Positions 9,796 to 20,032 of a stretch of DNA of 64,000 nucleotides are shown in pieces. Below the pieces are notes generated by a model. It did not search any database and was not told the DNA's origin. It worked only from the letters and a program-made list of their open reading frames with translations. This stretch comes from Candidatus Eiseniibacteriota bacterium (lineage in GTDB: Bacteria > Eisenbacteria > RBG-16-71-46 > CAIMUX01). Within the stretch, counting starts at the first letter, position 1. Every line of letters begins with the position of its first letter. Location of the stretch: positions 18,820-82,819 of the forward strand of contig CAIMUX010000080.1 in assembly GCA_903844735.1 (NCBI GenBank). Direction: 5' to 3'. The position numbers and the translations under genes are program-made.

Positions 9796-11328
9796 ATGAT
9801 GGATCGTCCTCTTCACCGGCGCGAATTTCTCGGCGTCCTCGGGGGCGCCGCCGCGACCGGTGCCGTGTTCCTGTTGCCCGAACCGCTGGGCGACCTGTTT
9901 CGGCCGGGCAAGGCCGAGGCTGCCCTGCGCGGAATGTCGTTCCCCGTGAACGAGCCGATGGCCGGACGCATCCTGGCCGCTGCCCGCGCGCGGGGGGCGG
10001 ACTTTGCCGATCTGTACTGCGAGACGCGTGTCGTCACGCGGATCACCCTCGCCGACGGCCGCATCGAATCTTGCGAGCAGGGGGTCTACGCCGGCACCGG
10101 CGTGCGCGCGATGGACGACGACCGCACCGGCTACGCCTTCGCCGACTCGTTCGAGGAAGCGCCCCTCCTCTCGGCCGCGCGCGACGCGGCCGCCATCGCC
10201 TCCACGGGTGGCTGGGGGCGCTCCGCCTTCTCCTTCCGGCGCCCGTCACCCGGCTCCATCGTCCGAGTGCGGCGCCCGTTCGATGAGGTTTCGGTGGAGG
10301 AGCGGATTTCCTGGTTACGCCGCATCGATGCCACGGCCCGCGCCGCCGACCCGTCGATCCAGGTGGTGAACCTTGAATACAACGACGAGATGCAACGTTT
10401 CCTCGTGGCCACCACCGACGGCGCGTGGGCAGAGGACCTGCTGCCCAACATGTACCTTCGGATTAATGTGGTGGCGCTGAAGAACGGCCACCGCGGTCTG
10501 GGCAACGAAAGGATCAGCTTCCGAATGGGTGCGGAGCAGATGGACGGCGACGCCCCGGAGAGGGGAGCGCGCGAAGCGGCCCGGATGGCCATCGCGATGT
10601 GTGAGGCCGGCGACTCCCCGGCGGGTGAGATGCCCGTGGTTCTCGGCGCCGGCGGCGGAGTGCTGTTCCATGAGGCCGTAGGGCATGGGCTCGAGGCCGA
10701 CGCCGTCTGCCGCGGCACCTCCATGTTCGCGGGGAGGATCGGAGAGAAGGTCGCCTCCGATCGCGTGTCGGTCATCGATGCCGGCTCCCTGCCGAACCTG
10801 CGCGGTTCGTACAACTACGACGACGAGGGGCAGCCTCCACAGCGAAGCGTACTCATCGAGAACGGAATCCTGCGCGGCTTCATGAACGACCGCACGACAG
10901 CTCGACGGCTCAAGGTTCCGCGCACCGGCAACGGGCGGCGTCAGTCGTATCGTTTCCCACCGATCCCGCGGATGAGCAACACGTTCCTCGCCGAGGGTAC
11001 CGACACCGTGGAGGAGATCATCCAGAGCACCAGAAGTGGCATCTACGCACGCGTCCTGGGGGGCGGCGAGGTCGACACCACCACCGGCAACTTCACCTTC
11101 GGGATCCTCGAAGCCTACCGGATCGAGAGCGGAAAGGTGGGCGCTCCTGTGCGGGGCGCCACCCTGGTCGGCAACGGGCCGGAAACAATGAAGCGCATCG
11201 ACCGCGTGGCCGCGGACCAGAAGTTCTGGAACGGTACCTGCGGCAAGGGACAGTGGGTGCCCGTGACATCGGGCGCGCCGACGCTGCGCATTTCGGCGAT
11301 GACCGTGGGCGGCTCGGGACAAGCGTGA
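9796..11328 (+). CDS. tldD: TldD family metalloprotease with twin-arginine (Tat) signal
   Basis: RREFLGVLGGAAATGAV Tat motif after a GGAGGA RBS. Conserved HEAVGHGLE zinc motif. TldD/PmbA-family C-terminus. Confidence 0.85.
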   Translation: MMDRPLHRREFLGVLGGAAATGAVFLLPEPLGDLFRPGKAEAALRGMSFPVNEPMAGRILAAARARGADFADLYCETRVVTRITLADGRIESCEQGVYAGTGVRAMDDDRTGYAFADSFEEAPLLSAARDAAAIASTGGWGRSAFSFRRPSPGSIVRVRRPFDEVSVEERISWLRRIDATARAADPSIQVVNLEYNDEMQRFLVATTDGAWAEDLLPNMYLRINVVALKNGHRGLGNERISFRMGAEQMDGDAPERGAREAARMAIAMCEAGDSPAGEMPVVLGAGGGVLFHEAVGHGLEADAVCRGTSMFAGRIGEKVASDRVSVIDAGSLPNLRGSYNYDDEGQPPQRSVLIENGILRGFMNDRTTARRLKVPRTGNGRRQSYRFPPIPRMSNTFLAEGTDTVEEIIQSTRSGIYARVLGGGEVDTTTGNFTFGILEAYRIESGKVGAPVRGATLVGNGPETMKRIDRVAADQKFWNGTCGKGQWVPVTSGAPTLRISAMTVGGSGQA

Positions 11329-11338
11329 GGAGGATGCA

Positions 11339-12814
11339 ATGAGCGGACAGCACCAAACCTGGAAGCGCCCCCACGGTGACGCCGCCGATCCGAGAACGAC
11401 CGGCGCGCTTGCGGCGGATCGCACACGCGCGGACATCGGGGGCCGTGACCCTCAAGCAACTCTCAACGCCGCGCTTTCGGTCCTGCGGGCCCAGGGAGCG
11501 CAGGGGGATGCCTTTCTTGAAAGCCGCCGCACGCTCGACCTCCGCGTTCGCGACGGAAAGCAGGATTCCATCACCCGCTCCGAGGTCCGCGGCCTGGCTG
11601 TGCGGGCCATGATGAACGGCCAGCTCGGCTTCTGCCACACCGGCAAGGCGACCCCATCGGGGGCTGCGGAGGCCGCGCGGCAGGCTTGCGATCTCGCGCG
11701 GGCAGCCTCCCCGCGCGACGACCTCGTCCTCGCCGAACCGGCGGGACCGGGCGACGGCAGCGACGAGGGGTTGGCATTGCAGCGCTGCGACGATTCGCTC
11801 GACGCTATGTCGATCGAAGAGAAGCTCGATTTCATTCGCCGGTGTGAATCGGCCGGTCGCGGCTTCGATCCGAAGATCAAACGCACCGATGGAGCAAGCT
11901 GGAACGAGGGGCTGTCCGCCAACTGGACCGCCAACACCAGCGGGCTCTTCCGTCACTACCGCGCCAGCTTCCTCTCGGCAAACCTCGGAGTGATCGCCGA
12001 GGAGAAAGGTGAGATGCAGCCGGGAGAGGTCGGCTGGGAGGGTGTTCGGCGGGCCGACCTTCCTTCCCCCGACGTCCTGGGGCGACGCGCCGGCGAGCGC
12101 GCCGTGCGCCTCCTGGGCGGCGCCCCGGTGGCCACCGGCCGCTTCCCGATCATCTTCAGCCCCGAGGCCGGGTGGGCTCTTCTCGTGTACCTCGCGAGTG
12201 CACTGAACGGGAACAGTCTTGCGCAACGCCGGAGCTGGCTCTCATCCATGCTGGAAGGCGGCGCCCAGCCGATCATCGGAAGTTCCTTGGTGACCGTTCG
12301 GGACGCCGGCCGCCTGCCGCAGGGACCGGGCCGCGCTCCCTACGACGGCGAGGGGGTGGACACCCGCTCAAACGTCCTGCTCGATAAGGGCCGGGTGACG
12401 GGCGTACTGTGTGACCTCGCCTCAGCGAAGCGACTCGGTCGAATCTCCACCGGAAACGCCAACCGCAACGGCTATGAAGCTCTGCCCCAGATCGGCGCGC
12501 ACAACCTGTATCTCGAACCGGGAACAACCACCGCCGAGCAGGTCGTGGCCGGCGTCGAGCGTGGCCTCTGGGTCTGGGGCCTCACCGGCTGGTGGATCGG
12601 GCTCGACCCGGGCAATGACCAGTTCTCCAGTGCGGCCTTCGGGCTCTGGATCGAGAACGGAAAGCCGGTGCGCCCGGTATCGCGCGTCACCATCGCAGGC
12701 AAGCTGCCGGAGATCCTCGGCGCCGTGGACATGGTGGCCAACGACCTCACCTGGGACCACAGCACGAGGACACCAACCTTCCGCGTGAGGGAGATGGCGC
12801 TGTCAGGCACCTAG
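11339..12814 (+). CDS. pmbA: PmbA/TldE family protein (TldD partner)
   Basis: TldD/PmbA-family sequence immediately downstream of tldD (10-nt gap), same strand. Confidence 0.8.
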   Translation: MSGQHQTWKRPHGDAADPRTTGALAADRTRADIGGRDPQATLNAALSVLRAQGAQGDAFLESRRTLDLRVRDGKQDSITRSEVRGLAVRAMMNGQLGFCHTGKATPSGAAEAARQACDLARAASPRDDLVLAEPAGPGDGSDEGLALQRCDDSLDAMSIEEKLDFIRRCESAGRGFDPKIKRTDGASWNEGLSANWTANTSGLFRHYRASFLSANLGVIAEEKGEMQPGEVGWEGVRRADLPSPDVLGRRAGERAVRLLGGAPVATGRFPIIFSPEAGWALLVYLASALNGNSLAQRRSWLSSMLEGGAQPIIGSSLVTVRDAGRLPQGPGRAPYDGEGVDTRSNVLLDKGRVTGVLCDLASAKRLGRISTGNANRNGYEALPQIGAHNLYLEPGTTTAEQVVAGVERGLWVWGLTGWWIGLDPGNDQFSSAAFGLWIENGKPVRPVSRVTIAGKLPEILGAVDMVANDLTWDHSTRTPTFRVREMALSGT

Positions 12815-12850
12815 CGACCGATCCCGATTCGTCGATATGCTTGGGGGCTC

Positions 12851-14323
12851 ATGAGGCCTTTTCGTTCACTGAGGGTGCGACTCGGCCCGGTCGGCCTGAT
12901 CGCCCTTTTCGCGGCCGTTCTCGTGGGCCACGTTGTGCCTTCATCATGGCTGGTTTCTTCGGCTTGGGCCGAGGCGGGACTCTCGGCACCGCCGGCCGGC
13001 CCGGCCTCACCGGGTCCGGCCGTGCCCGTCCACCCATCCACGACGCACGCTCTCGGCGCCACGCTGCCGATCGGCTGGATCACCCCCTTCGCGTTGATGC
13101 TCCTCTCCGTCGCTATCCTGCCCCTGGCGGCGGGGCGCTGGTGGGAACGACTCGGAAGCAAGACGATGGTGGCGGCCGTGCTGGCTGCGCCGGTGGCCGG
13201 CTTCTTCCTCGCGCGCCAACCCCACGACTTGGTCTTGGTGGCGAAGGACTACGTCGCCTTCATCGCCCTGCTCGGCAGCCTCTTCGTGATCGCGGGCGGA
13301 ATCCTCATCCGGGGCGATCTGCGCGCCACGCCGGCCGTGAACACCGCCTTTCTTGCCATCGGTGCCGTGCTGGCCAACCTCATCGGGACCACCGGAGCGA
13401 GCATGCTCCTCATTCGGCTGGTGCTGGAAACCAACTCCGAGCGCAAGCAGATCTCGCACGTCCCGATCTTCTTCATCTTCCTGGTAAGCAATATCGGCGG
13501 CTGCCTGACGCCCCTGGGCGACCCGCCCCTTTTCCTCGGGTACCTCCAAGGGGTGCCGTTTTCCTGGACGCTGAGCCTCTTCCCAGAGTGGGCCTTCATG
13601 GTGATTTCGCTGCTGGCGATCTTCTACTTCGTGGACCTTTGGGCCGTGCGCCACGAGACCATGGCCGCTCTCCGCCGAGACCGAGAGCGGATTCGACCTT
13701 TGCGCATAACCGGGGCGCACAACTTCATCTTCCTGCTCGGCGTGCTGCTGACCGTGCTCCTGGTGCGCGCCGAGATGCCGCGTGTGCTCCTGATGCTGGC
13801 CATGGGGGTCGCCAGTTACATCGCCACCAAGCGAGAGATCCACCGCGGGAACCATTTCTCGTTCTACCCGATCAGCGAGGTGGCCATCGTCTTCGCCGGC
13901 ATCTTCGTCACCATGATACCGGCACTCCTCATTCTCGAAGCGCGCGGGGCGAGCTTGGGGATCGATAAGCCTTGGCAGTTTTTCTGGCTTACGGGCGGGC
14001 TCTCCTCGTTTCTCGACAACGCCCCGACGTATCTGACCTTTACGCGACTAGCACTCGGCGTGTCGGGCCTCACCCCGGAACCGTCTGCACCGCTCTCGGT
14101 ACTCGTCCACCACGAGACGGGGGCGGCGCTTTTGCGCGCCATCGGCCTCGGGGCTGTCTTCATGGGGGCGAGCACCTACATTGGGAACGGCCCGAACTTC
14201 ATGGTCAAAGCGATCGTCGAACACCGGAAGGTCCGGATGCCCAGTTTCTTCGGGTACATGCTGTGGTCGGTCGGGATCCTCGTGCCGCTCTTCCTTCTCG
14301 TCACGGTCATCTTTCTGCTCTAG
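12851..14323 (+). CDS. ion transporter superfamily membrane protein (NhaD / ArsB / CitMHS-like Na+/H+ antiporter candidate)
   Basis: About 12 predicted TM segments. Conserved 'NIGG.LTPLGDPPLF' and 'LSSFLDNAPTYL' motifs typical of the ArsB/NhaD permease superfamily. Confidence 0.7.
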   Translation: MRPFRSLRVRLGPVGLIALFAAVLVGHVVPSSWLVSSAWAEAGLSAPPAGPASPGPAVPVHPSTTHALGATLPIGWITPFALMLLSVAILPLAAGRWWERLGSKTMVAAVLAAPVAGFFLARQPHDLVLVAKDYVAFIALLGSLFVIAGGILIRGDLRATPAVNTAFLAIGAVLANLIGTTGASMLLIRLVLETNSERKQISHVPIFFIFLVSNIGGCLTPLGDPPLFLGYLQGVPFSWTLSLFPEWAFMVISLLAIFYFVDLWAVRHETMAALRRDRERIRPLRITGAHNFIFLLGVLLTVLLVRAEMPRVLLMLAMGVASYIATKREIHRGNHFSFYPISEVAIVFAGIFVTMIPALLILEARGASLGIDKPWQFFWLTGGLSSFLDNAPTYLTFTRLALGVSGLTPEPSAPLSVLVHHETGAALLRAIGLGAVFMGASTYIGNGPNFMVKAIVEHRKVRMPSFFGYMLWSVGILVPLFLLVTVIFLL

Positions 14324-14366
14324 AGTATTCCAGGTGGCTCATCGTCGCGGAAATGCGAGGAGTTCG

Positions 14367-15212
14367 ATGGAGTGGTACTACCTGAAGGACGGAAAGACCA
14401 TGGGGCCGGTGCCCGAGGGGTCGATCCGGGCCTGGCTCGAGTCCGGGTTCCTCGTGCCGGAGGACCTGCTCTGGCGAGCCGGGATGACGGGGTGGCTCCC
14501 GGTTGTTGAGTTGACCGAGTTCGGCGGATCTGGAGGAACGGAACACGCCGGGGGCCCGGCGGACGAGAGCCTGGCAAGCAGCGCCCACGCGAGCGGGCCG
14601 CCCAAGGGAAGCCCGGAAGGCCCTGATGGCGTGTCCCCCGCGATCGGCGGTTCCGGTGGCGCTCCCTCCTCTATCGGCGGCCCCCACGGCACGCCTTCCT
14701 CCGTCGGCGGCCCGGGCAACGGGTATGCCGACTCCGGACGCGGTCATTCCGGCGCATCCCCCTGGGGCCGCCCGCCCGCCGAGTGGCCCGAGGCGCCCGC
14801 AACGTATGCCAACATCTGGGCACGGGCAGGCGCTGCCGCTGTCGATCTGATGCTCCTCGTTGCGGCGGTGCTCGTGGCCTTCCGGCCCGAACTGCCGACC
14901 ACTGGCAACTTTGAGGACATGGCCAAGCTCAACCCGGCCATTACCCCGGTCTTCATGGCAGTCGCTTGGCTCTATTTCGGGCTGATGGAAGGCTCGGCGC
15001 TCCAGGCGTCCCTGGGAAAGCTCGCGTTCGGGCTCAAGGTTACCGACCTCGACGGCAACAGGTTGCTGCCTGGTCGCGCGCTGGTACGTGGGCTTCTCAA
15101 GGTCGTGCTGATGGAGATCACGGCGTTCTTGAGTTTCCTGCCCGCGGCATTCAACTCCCGCCGGCAGGCGCTGCATGACATGGTGGCGGGGTCGACGGTC
15201 TTGGTCCGATAA
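14367..15212 (+). CDS. DUF4339 (GYF-like) – RDD family membrane protein
   Basis: N-terminal MEWYYLKDGKTMGPVPEGSIRAWLESGFL (DUF4339-like). C-terminal 3-TM RDD domain ending ..RRQALHDMVAGSTVLV. GAGGAG RBS. The longer ORF starting at 14181 overlaps the upstream gene. Confidence 0.65.
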   Translation: MEWYYLKDGKTMGPVPEGSIRAWLESGFLVPEDLLWRAGMTGWLPVVELTEFGGSGGTEHAGGPADESLASSAHASGPPKGSPEGPDGVSPAIGGSGGAPSSIGGPHGTPSSVGGPGNGYADSGRGHSGASPWGRPPAEWPEAPATYANIWARAGAAAVDLMLLVAAVLVAFRPELPTTGNFEDMAKLNPAITPVFMAVAWLYFGLMEGSALQASLGKLAFGLKVTDLDGNRLLPGRALVRGLLKVVLMEITAFLSFLPAAFNSRRQALHDMVAGSTVLVR

Positions 15213-15228
15213 CGATCATCCGTCCTTC

Positions 15229-15507
15229 ACGCGTAACTCCGGTAGACAGAATTCCGGAAGAAGAGCGAGCCCGGGCGCTCACCGCCACGCCTCGCACGAC
15301 GATTACGAGCCGGGGCCCGCCGGTGTGTCTTTGCGCGCATCCGACCACGTGCTCGGATACGGAGCCCGCCGGAAACCGGAACAGCCCGCACACCCGCCCA
15401 CTGTGCGTGAACCCGGGCCACTCGCATCGGGCCACACTGGAGAGATGCTGGCCGAGGCCGTTGCTAACTAATACGTTAGACAGAATTCAGGCGTCAGAAT
15501 TCAGAAT
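15229..15507. repeat. two direct copies of a short intergenic repeat (GGTAGACAGAATTCCGG … GTTAGACAGAATTCAGGCGTCAGAATTCAGAATGG)
   Basis: Seen in the convergent spacer between the RDD gene and the ABC permease. Same family as 25001–25078 and 41908–42112. Confidence 0.5.
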
Positions 15508-15575
15508 GGCCGCGCACCGAAAGACTTCTGCACACCTGAGTCGTCACCTTCACGCTGGGACTCGCCCGGTCCCCG

Positions 15576-16724
15576 CTACCCCTCCACCCTCCGGTGCCTC
15601 CTCACCACCAACCAGACGAGAAACGGCGCGCCCAGCGCAGAGGTGACGGCTCCCACCGGCAATTCCAGCGGCGCCGCCACCGTCCGCGCCAGAGTATCCG
15701 CCACCACCGTGAGAATCGCCCCGAGCAGTGCCGATCCGGGCAAGACATAGCGATGATCCGCTGTCCGAAGAAAGCCGCGCGCGAGGTGCGGCACCATGAG
15801 CCCGACGAAGCCGACCACACCGCACGCCGCCACCGATGCCGCCGCCAGCAAGGACGAAAGGATGAGGATCCACCGCCGCACCGCACGGACCGGGCAGCCG
15901 AGGCTTTGCGCCACGTCATCTCCCCAAAGAAGAAGATTGAGGTCGCGTCCAAGCCACAGCGATCCCGCGCCGCCCACAACCAACGCACCGAGGAGCACCC
16001 ACACCTTTGACCACTCAGCGGCGGAGAAGGTCCCGAGCATCCACATCAGTGCCGCCTGGATCCCGTCGCGGCTGAAAACCAAGAAGACAGAGGTCAGGGC
16101 CGAGAAGACCGCCCCTACGGCAATGCCGATGAGCAGCAGCCCTTCCGATTGCAGAAATCGGATCCGGCGCGCCAGGGCGTAGACAAGAACCACCGAACCG
16201 ATCCCGCCGCCGAACGCCGCCAGGGCCACGAGATCAAACGGTCCACGGCGAAAGGTGAACCCCAGCGTCATCGCCGCGACGGCCGTCAACCCGGCACCCG
16301 AGCTCACGCCAACGACATAAGGCCCCGCCATCGGGTTCTGGAAAAAAGCCTGCAGAAGCGTGCCGCTCAGCGCCAGCGCCGCCCCCGCAAGCGCACCGAG
16401 AACCACGCGCGGGAGCCGCAACTCAAGCAGGATGTGATCGGTGGGATCCGCCGAGGCGGGGTGAAAAAGCGACGCAAAGAGCCGCCCCGGTGCGATACGC
16501 GCGGCCCCCACAAGGAGCGCCGCAATCGCGACCACCACGAGGAGCACCACCAGCAGGAAGAGGCGCGGGAACGGGGCCCCCCGGGGACGGGAAGCCTCCG
16601 CGTGCCCTTGGAGCCGCTGGCGGGCGGCGGCGATCGGGGTCCCGCGGACCGTGGCGCCGTCGACCATGGCCGGGTCGGCCGGGGATCCGACGGTCCCGCG
16701 GTCTTTCCCCCGCCCCGTGCTCAC
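15576..16724 (-). CDS. FecCD-family ABC transporter permease (iron-siderophore / cobalamin type)
   Basis: Typical FecCD/BtuC multi-TM sequence. A GTG at 16724 overlaps the upstream stop as GTGA. An ATG at 16667 is an alternative start. Confidence 0.85.
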   Translation of the reverse strand: MSTGRGKDRGTVGSPADPAMVDGATVRGTPIAAARQRLQGHAEASRPRGAPFPRLFLLVVLLVVVAIAALLVGAARIAPGRLFASLFHPASADPTDHILLELRLPRVVLGALAGAALALSGTLLQAFFQNPMAGPYVVGVSSGAGLTAVAAMTLGFTFRRGPFDLVALAAFGGGIGSVVLVYALARRIRFLQSEGLLLIGIAVGAVFSALTSVFLVFSRDGIQAALMWMLGTFSAAEWSKVWVLLGALVVGGAGSLWLGRDLNLLLWGDDVAQSLGCPVRAVRRWILILSSLLAAASVAACGVVGFVGLMVPHLARGFLRTADHRYVLPGSALLGAILTVVADTLARTVAAPLELPVGAVTSALGAPFLVWLVVRRHRRVEG

Positions 16725-17692
16725 CGCGTTCCCGCCGTCCGAACGATCCCGGCAGGATCCGCCACCACCGGACACGCCCGATCCGGATGCAGACACGCCG
16801 CCAGCTCCCCGAGCACCCCGACCAATCTCGGCCCCGGCCGCTGCAGGCGCGCGGCCGGGATCCAGCAGATGCGCCTCTCGCGCAGCGCCGCCAGGCCCGA
16901 CCAGCCAGGCTTGGCCATCAACTCCTTGTAGGCGCGCGCCGGATCCTGATCCCCGGGAAGGGCGAGAAGCAGGAAGCGCGGCTGGTCAAGGATGATCCGC
17001 TCCAGCGACATCTGGGGCCACCCCGGAAGTGCTCCGGCGAGGTTCACACCCCCGGCCATACGCATCAGATCGTCAATGTGCGAGCCGGCACCGGCGGTCC
17101 AAGTCGGGAACTCGGGATCGGCGTAGTAGACCGTCGGCCGTTCCGCTGGTGGGATCGCTGAGGCCCATGACTCGTACGCTGCGAGGGCACCGCGAAACCA
17201 GGCCACGACCGAGTCGGCGCGGGCCGGATCGTCGGGACACGACACGGCGGCCACCGTCTCCATCATCTCCCCGACCCCACGCAAGCCTGTGCGATCGTCG
17301 AATGCGAACACCGGCAAGCCCAGCCGCCCCAGTTGCCCGAGGAGCGGCCGGGGATTGCCGCGCACCGCAAGCACCAGATCGGGTCGCTGTACAAGGATCA
17401 CCTCCGGTGAAGGGTCCACGATGCCGCCCACGACCGGCCGACGCTGGGCTGCCGGTGGATAGTCACAGAATCTGGTCACGCCGACAATGCGGCTCGAATC
17501 GACGCCAAGGACGAAGAGGATCTCGGTGACGCTGGGCGAGAGCGAAACAATGCGCCGGGGGCACGGCCCGGCGGACAGCGTGTCACCCAGCACATCGACG
17601 ATGGCCTGGCGAGAACCAGCCAGTCCGGCACCGACAAGCAAGGCCATGGCCTGGGGCGGCGGTTGTACAAGCAGGAACAATAACGCCCCCAT
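16721..17692 (-). CDS. ABC transporter periplasmic substrate-binding protein (BtuF/TroA-like, class III SBP)
   Basis: Signal peptide MGALLFLLVQ…AMALLVGAGLAGS. Motif RIVSLSPSVTEILFVLG. The ORF is open upstream to 18091, but the signal peptide marks the start at 17692. Confidence 0.8.
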   Translation of the reverse strand: MGALLFLLVQPPPQAMALLVGAGLAGSRQAIVDVLGDTLSAGPCPRRIVSLSPSVTEILFVLGVDSSRIVGVTRFCDYPPAAQRRPVVGGIVDPSPEVILVQRPDLVLAVRGNPRPLLGQLGRLGLPVFAFDDRTGLRGVGEMMETVAAVSCPDDPARADSVVAWFRGALAAYESWASAIPPAERPTVYYADPEFPTWTAGAGSHIDDLMRMAGGVNLAGALPGWPQMSLERIILDQPRFLLLALPGDQDPARAYKELMAKPGWSGLAALRERRICWIPAARLQRPGPRLVGVLGELAACLHPDRACPVVADPAGIVRTAGTR

Positions 17693-17835
17693 GGCAGCTC
17701 GGTGCGGTCGCCTCGGCAGCGGCAGACGTGTCCAGCCCAGACGGGGCGTCACGGGACCGCCCGCCCCTACCGGCCGGGGAGTCGCGGGACTGTCCACCCG
17801 AAGCGCCCGGATGGTTCGGGCGATGCTCGATCGGC

Positions 17836-18714
17836 TCACGCCCCCCCTCCATCTCCCAACCCGTCCGCCTCGAATCGCCAACTGACACGCGGGCGTCCTG
17901 TCTCTGGATCGACCTGGACGCGCAACGGCGTCCGAAAGACGGACTCGAGGTTTGCCGAGGTCAACACTTGGGCAGGCGCCCCCTGGGCGATAACCCGCCC
18001 GCGATCCATGAGGACCAGTCTGTCGCAGAAGGCTGCGTGGAGTTCGATGTGGTGGTCTGCCACGATCGCTCCGACCCCGCGTTCCCGACAAAGGGACCTG
18101 ATCAGCTCGTAAATTCTCCTCTGGTATCCAAGGTCGAGGCTCGTGACCGGCTCATCGAGAAGAAGAACCCTGGCGTCCTGGGCGAGGGCCCGGCCGAGGA
18201 GAGCGCGCTGCCACTCGCCCCCGCTCAAGGTGCCTACCGCCCGATTGCGCAGTGTCGAAAGACCGACGCTCTCCAGCGCCTTCGCCACGACGTTTTGGTC
18301 CTCGGGCCGCTCCCGCCACGCCCGTCCGTGATGTGGATGCCTCCCCAGGGAGATCATCTCGCTAACTGTCCATTCAAACGGGGTTTCCGAGCGCTGGGGA
18401 ACCCAAGCCAAACATCGCGCCCTCGCTTCCGGAGACACCTTCTCCACTCGTTGTCCACAGATGTAGACAACTCCTCGCTGGGGTGTCGCCAATCCAGCCA
18501 TCAGTCGCAGATATGTCGACTTTCCGGCGCCGTTGGGACCGAGCAAACCAACGAGCTCCCCCGGCCAAACATCCAGCTTGTCGACATAGAGGAAGGTCGC
18601 GTGGCCGAACCCGAACTCGATTCCCTTGGCGCTGAGCAGAGGAGTCGCCGGGCTCTGGACGATGTCGTCACAATGCGCCGCAGGCGAGGGGGTTGTGCCT
18701 GATTCCAGCGGCAT
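17836..18714 (-). CDS. ABC transporter ATP-binding protein (FepC/BtuD-like)
   Basis: Walker A GPNGAGKST, signature LSGGEWQRALLGRAL, Walker B LLLDEP. Start at 18714 (MPLESG) or 18747. Confidence 0.85.
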   Translation of the reverse strand: MPLESGTTPSPAAHCDDIVQSPATPLLSAKGIEFGFGHATFLYVDKLDVWPGELVGLLGPNGAGKSTYLRLMAGLATPQRGVVYICGQRVEKVSPEARARCLAWVPQRSETPFEWTVSEMISLGRHPHHGRAWRERPEDQNVVAKALESVGLSTLRNRAVGTLSGGEWQRALLGRALAQDARVLLLDEPVTSLDLGYQRRIYELIRSLCRERGVGAIVADHHIELHAAFCDRLVLMDRGRVIAQGAPAQVLTSANLESVFRTPLRVQVDPETGRPRVSWRFEADGLGDGGGA

Positions 18715-18764
18715 CCGCAGGACGCGGGTTGAAGGTTTCCTCCGCATGGTGTAAACTAGAATCT

Positions 18765-19235
18765 ATGACGCAATCGGAAGCCACCATGCAGCGGTTCGGG
18801 GGCGATCGCAGACGGTGCCCGACGCCGGCCCTGAGCCGCTACACCTTCCTGGGTGGGCGGCGGCGCGGCCCTCGCCGAACGGCTGATCCCCAGTCTATTT
18901 ACGTCGACAGAGTTGGCTGGAGCCTGGCCTCGGTCCTCATCGTAATCTTCGTTTTCCATGTTCTCGACGCCTTGTTCACCCTGGCGCACATCGCTCGTGG
19001 AGGCGCCGAACTGAACCCGCTCATGGGTTTCTTCCTCAAGCAGGGCTCGGGAGCGTTTCTGACGGCGAAGCTCAGCATCGCGGGCCTGGGACTCCTCTTT
19101 CTTGGGTTCCACGGCCGCTTCCCCTTGGTTCGCAAGGGGATCGCCACGCTCTTCGTCCTCTATGCCTGCGTGGTCTGCTATCACGTCATCCTGATCTGGC
19201 AGACCGGTGTTCCGATCTGGCCAGCCCGCGGCTGA
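18765..19235 (+). CDS. small polytopic membrane protein (DUF5658-like)
   Basis: Four predicted TMs. ATG at 18765 (MTQSEATMQRF). Divergent from the ABC ATPase gene. Confidence 0.5.
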   Translation: MTQSEATMQRFGGDRRRCPTPALSRYTFLGGRRRGPRRTADPQSIYVDRVGWSLASVLIVIFVFHVLDALFTLAHIARGGAELNPLMGFFLKQGSGAFLTAKLSIAGLGLLFLGFHGRFPLVRKGIATLFVLYACVVCYHVILIWQTGVPIWPARG

Positions 19236-19317
19236 CCTCTTCCAGCCGAACGGCGCGCTCCCTAGGCCAGCGGCCATCCTCGCCATCTCGCGACGAGCGG
19301 CTCGAACCGCGCGTGCG

Positions 19318-19881
19318 CTAGAACTTCACCTTGGGAGCCTGCGCCGCACCCTCCTGCGCCTCGAAAAGGCTTGCGCCCTTGAAGCCAAGCATCCCCCCGA
19401 AGAGCACGGTGGGGAAGCTGCGAAGCTGGATGTTGTAGTCCCGGGCGATCTCGTTGTAGCGACGACGTTCCACCGCGATGCGGTTCTCCGTCCCGGCCAG
19501 CTCGTCCTGAAGCCGTAGGAACGTCTGATCGGCCTTCAGGTTAGGGTACTGCTCCACGACCACGAGCAGCCGCGAGAGAGCGCCGGAAAGCTGGTCGTTG
19601 GCGGCCATTTTCTCGCTCACCGAGCCGGCCCCGGCCACCCGCGAACGCGCCTGGATCACCGCCTCCAGCGTCTCACGCTCGTGGGACGCGTACCCTTTGA
19701 CCGTCTCGACCAAATTCGGGATGAGGTCCATCCGGCGTTGGAGCTGATTCTCCACTTGCGCCCAGGCCGCCTTCACCCCTTCGTCCCCTCTCACGAGGCG
19801 GTTATAGGTCTTGAAGCCGAAAATGGCGACAACAAGGACAAGGCCGATGAGAGCGGCCGCGAAACAGCCGAGTTTTTTCAT
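19318..19881 (-). CDS. lemA: LemA family protein
   Basis: N-terminal TM followed by the LemA core (VENQLQRRMDLIPNLVETVKGYASHERETLEAV…). RBS GGGGAGA before ATG at 19881. Confidence 0.85.
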   Translation of the reverse strand: MKKLGCFAAALIGLVLVVAIFGFKTYNRLVRGDEGVKAAWAQVENQLQRRMDLIPNLVETVKGYASHERETLEAVIQARSRVAGAGSVSEKMAANDQLSGALSRLLVVVEQYPNLKADQTFLRLQDELAGTENRIAVERRRYNEIARDYNIQLRSFPTVLFGGMLGFKGASLFEAQEGAAQAPKVKF

Positions 19882-20032
19882 TTGGTTTCTCCCCTGGATA
19901 TGGCTAACAACAGAGACGGCGACCGGCCGGCACACGCAGGGCGACACCGGGAGTGCCGACGGGTCGCGTCAGGCTGACAACAGCGCCGCGTGGGCACCGA
20001 AGTCCCGCGGCACCGCTGAGATTGACGATCTC

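Noticed and set aside
14181-14366. upstream extension of the DUF4339–RDD ORF overlapping the transporter gene
   Set aside because: It would overlap the transporter by 143 nt in a different frame. An internal ATG at 14367 has a GAGGAG RBS and begins the recognisable domain.
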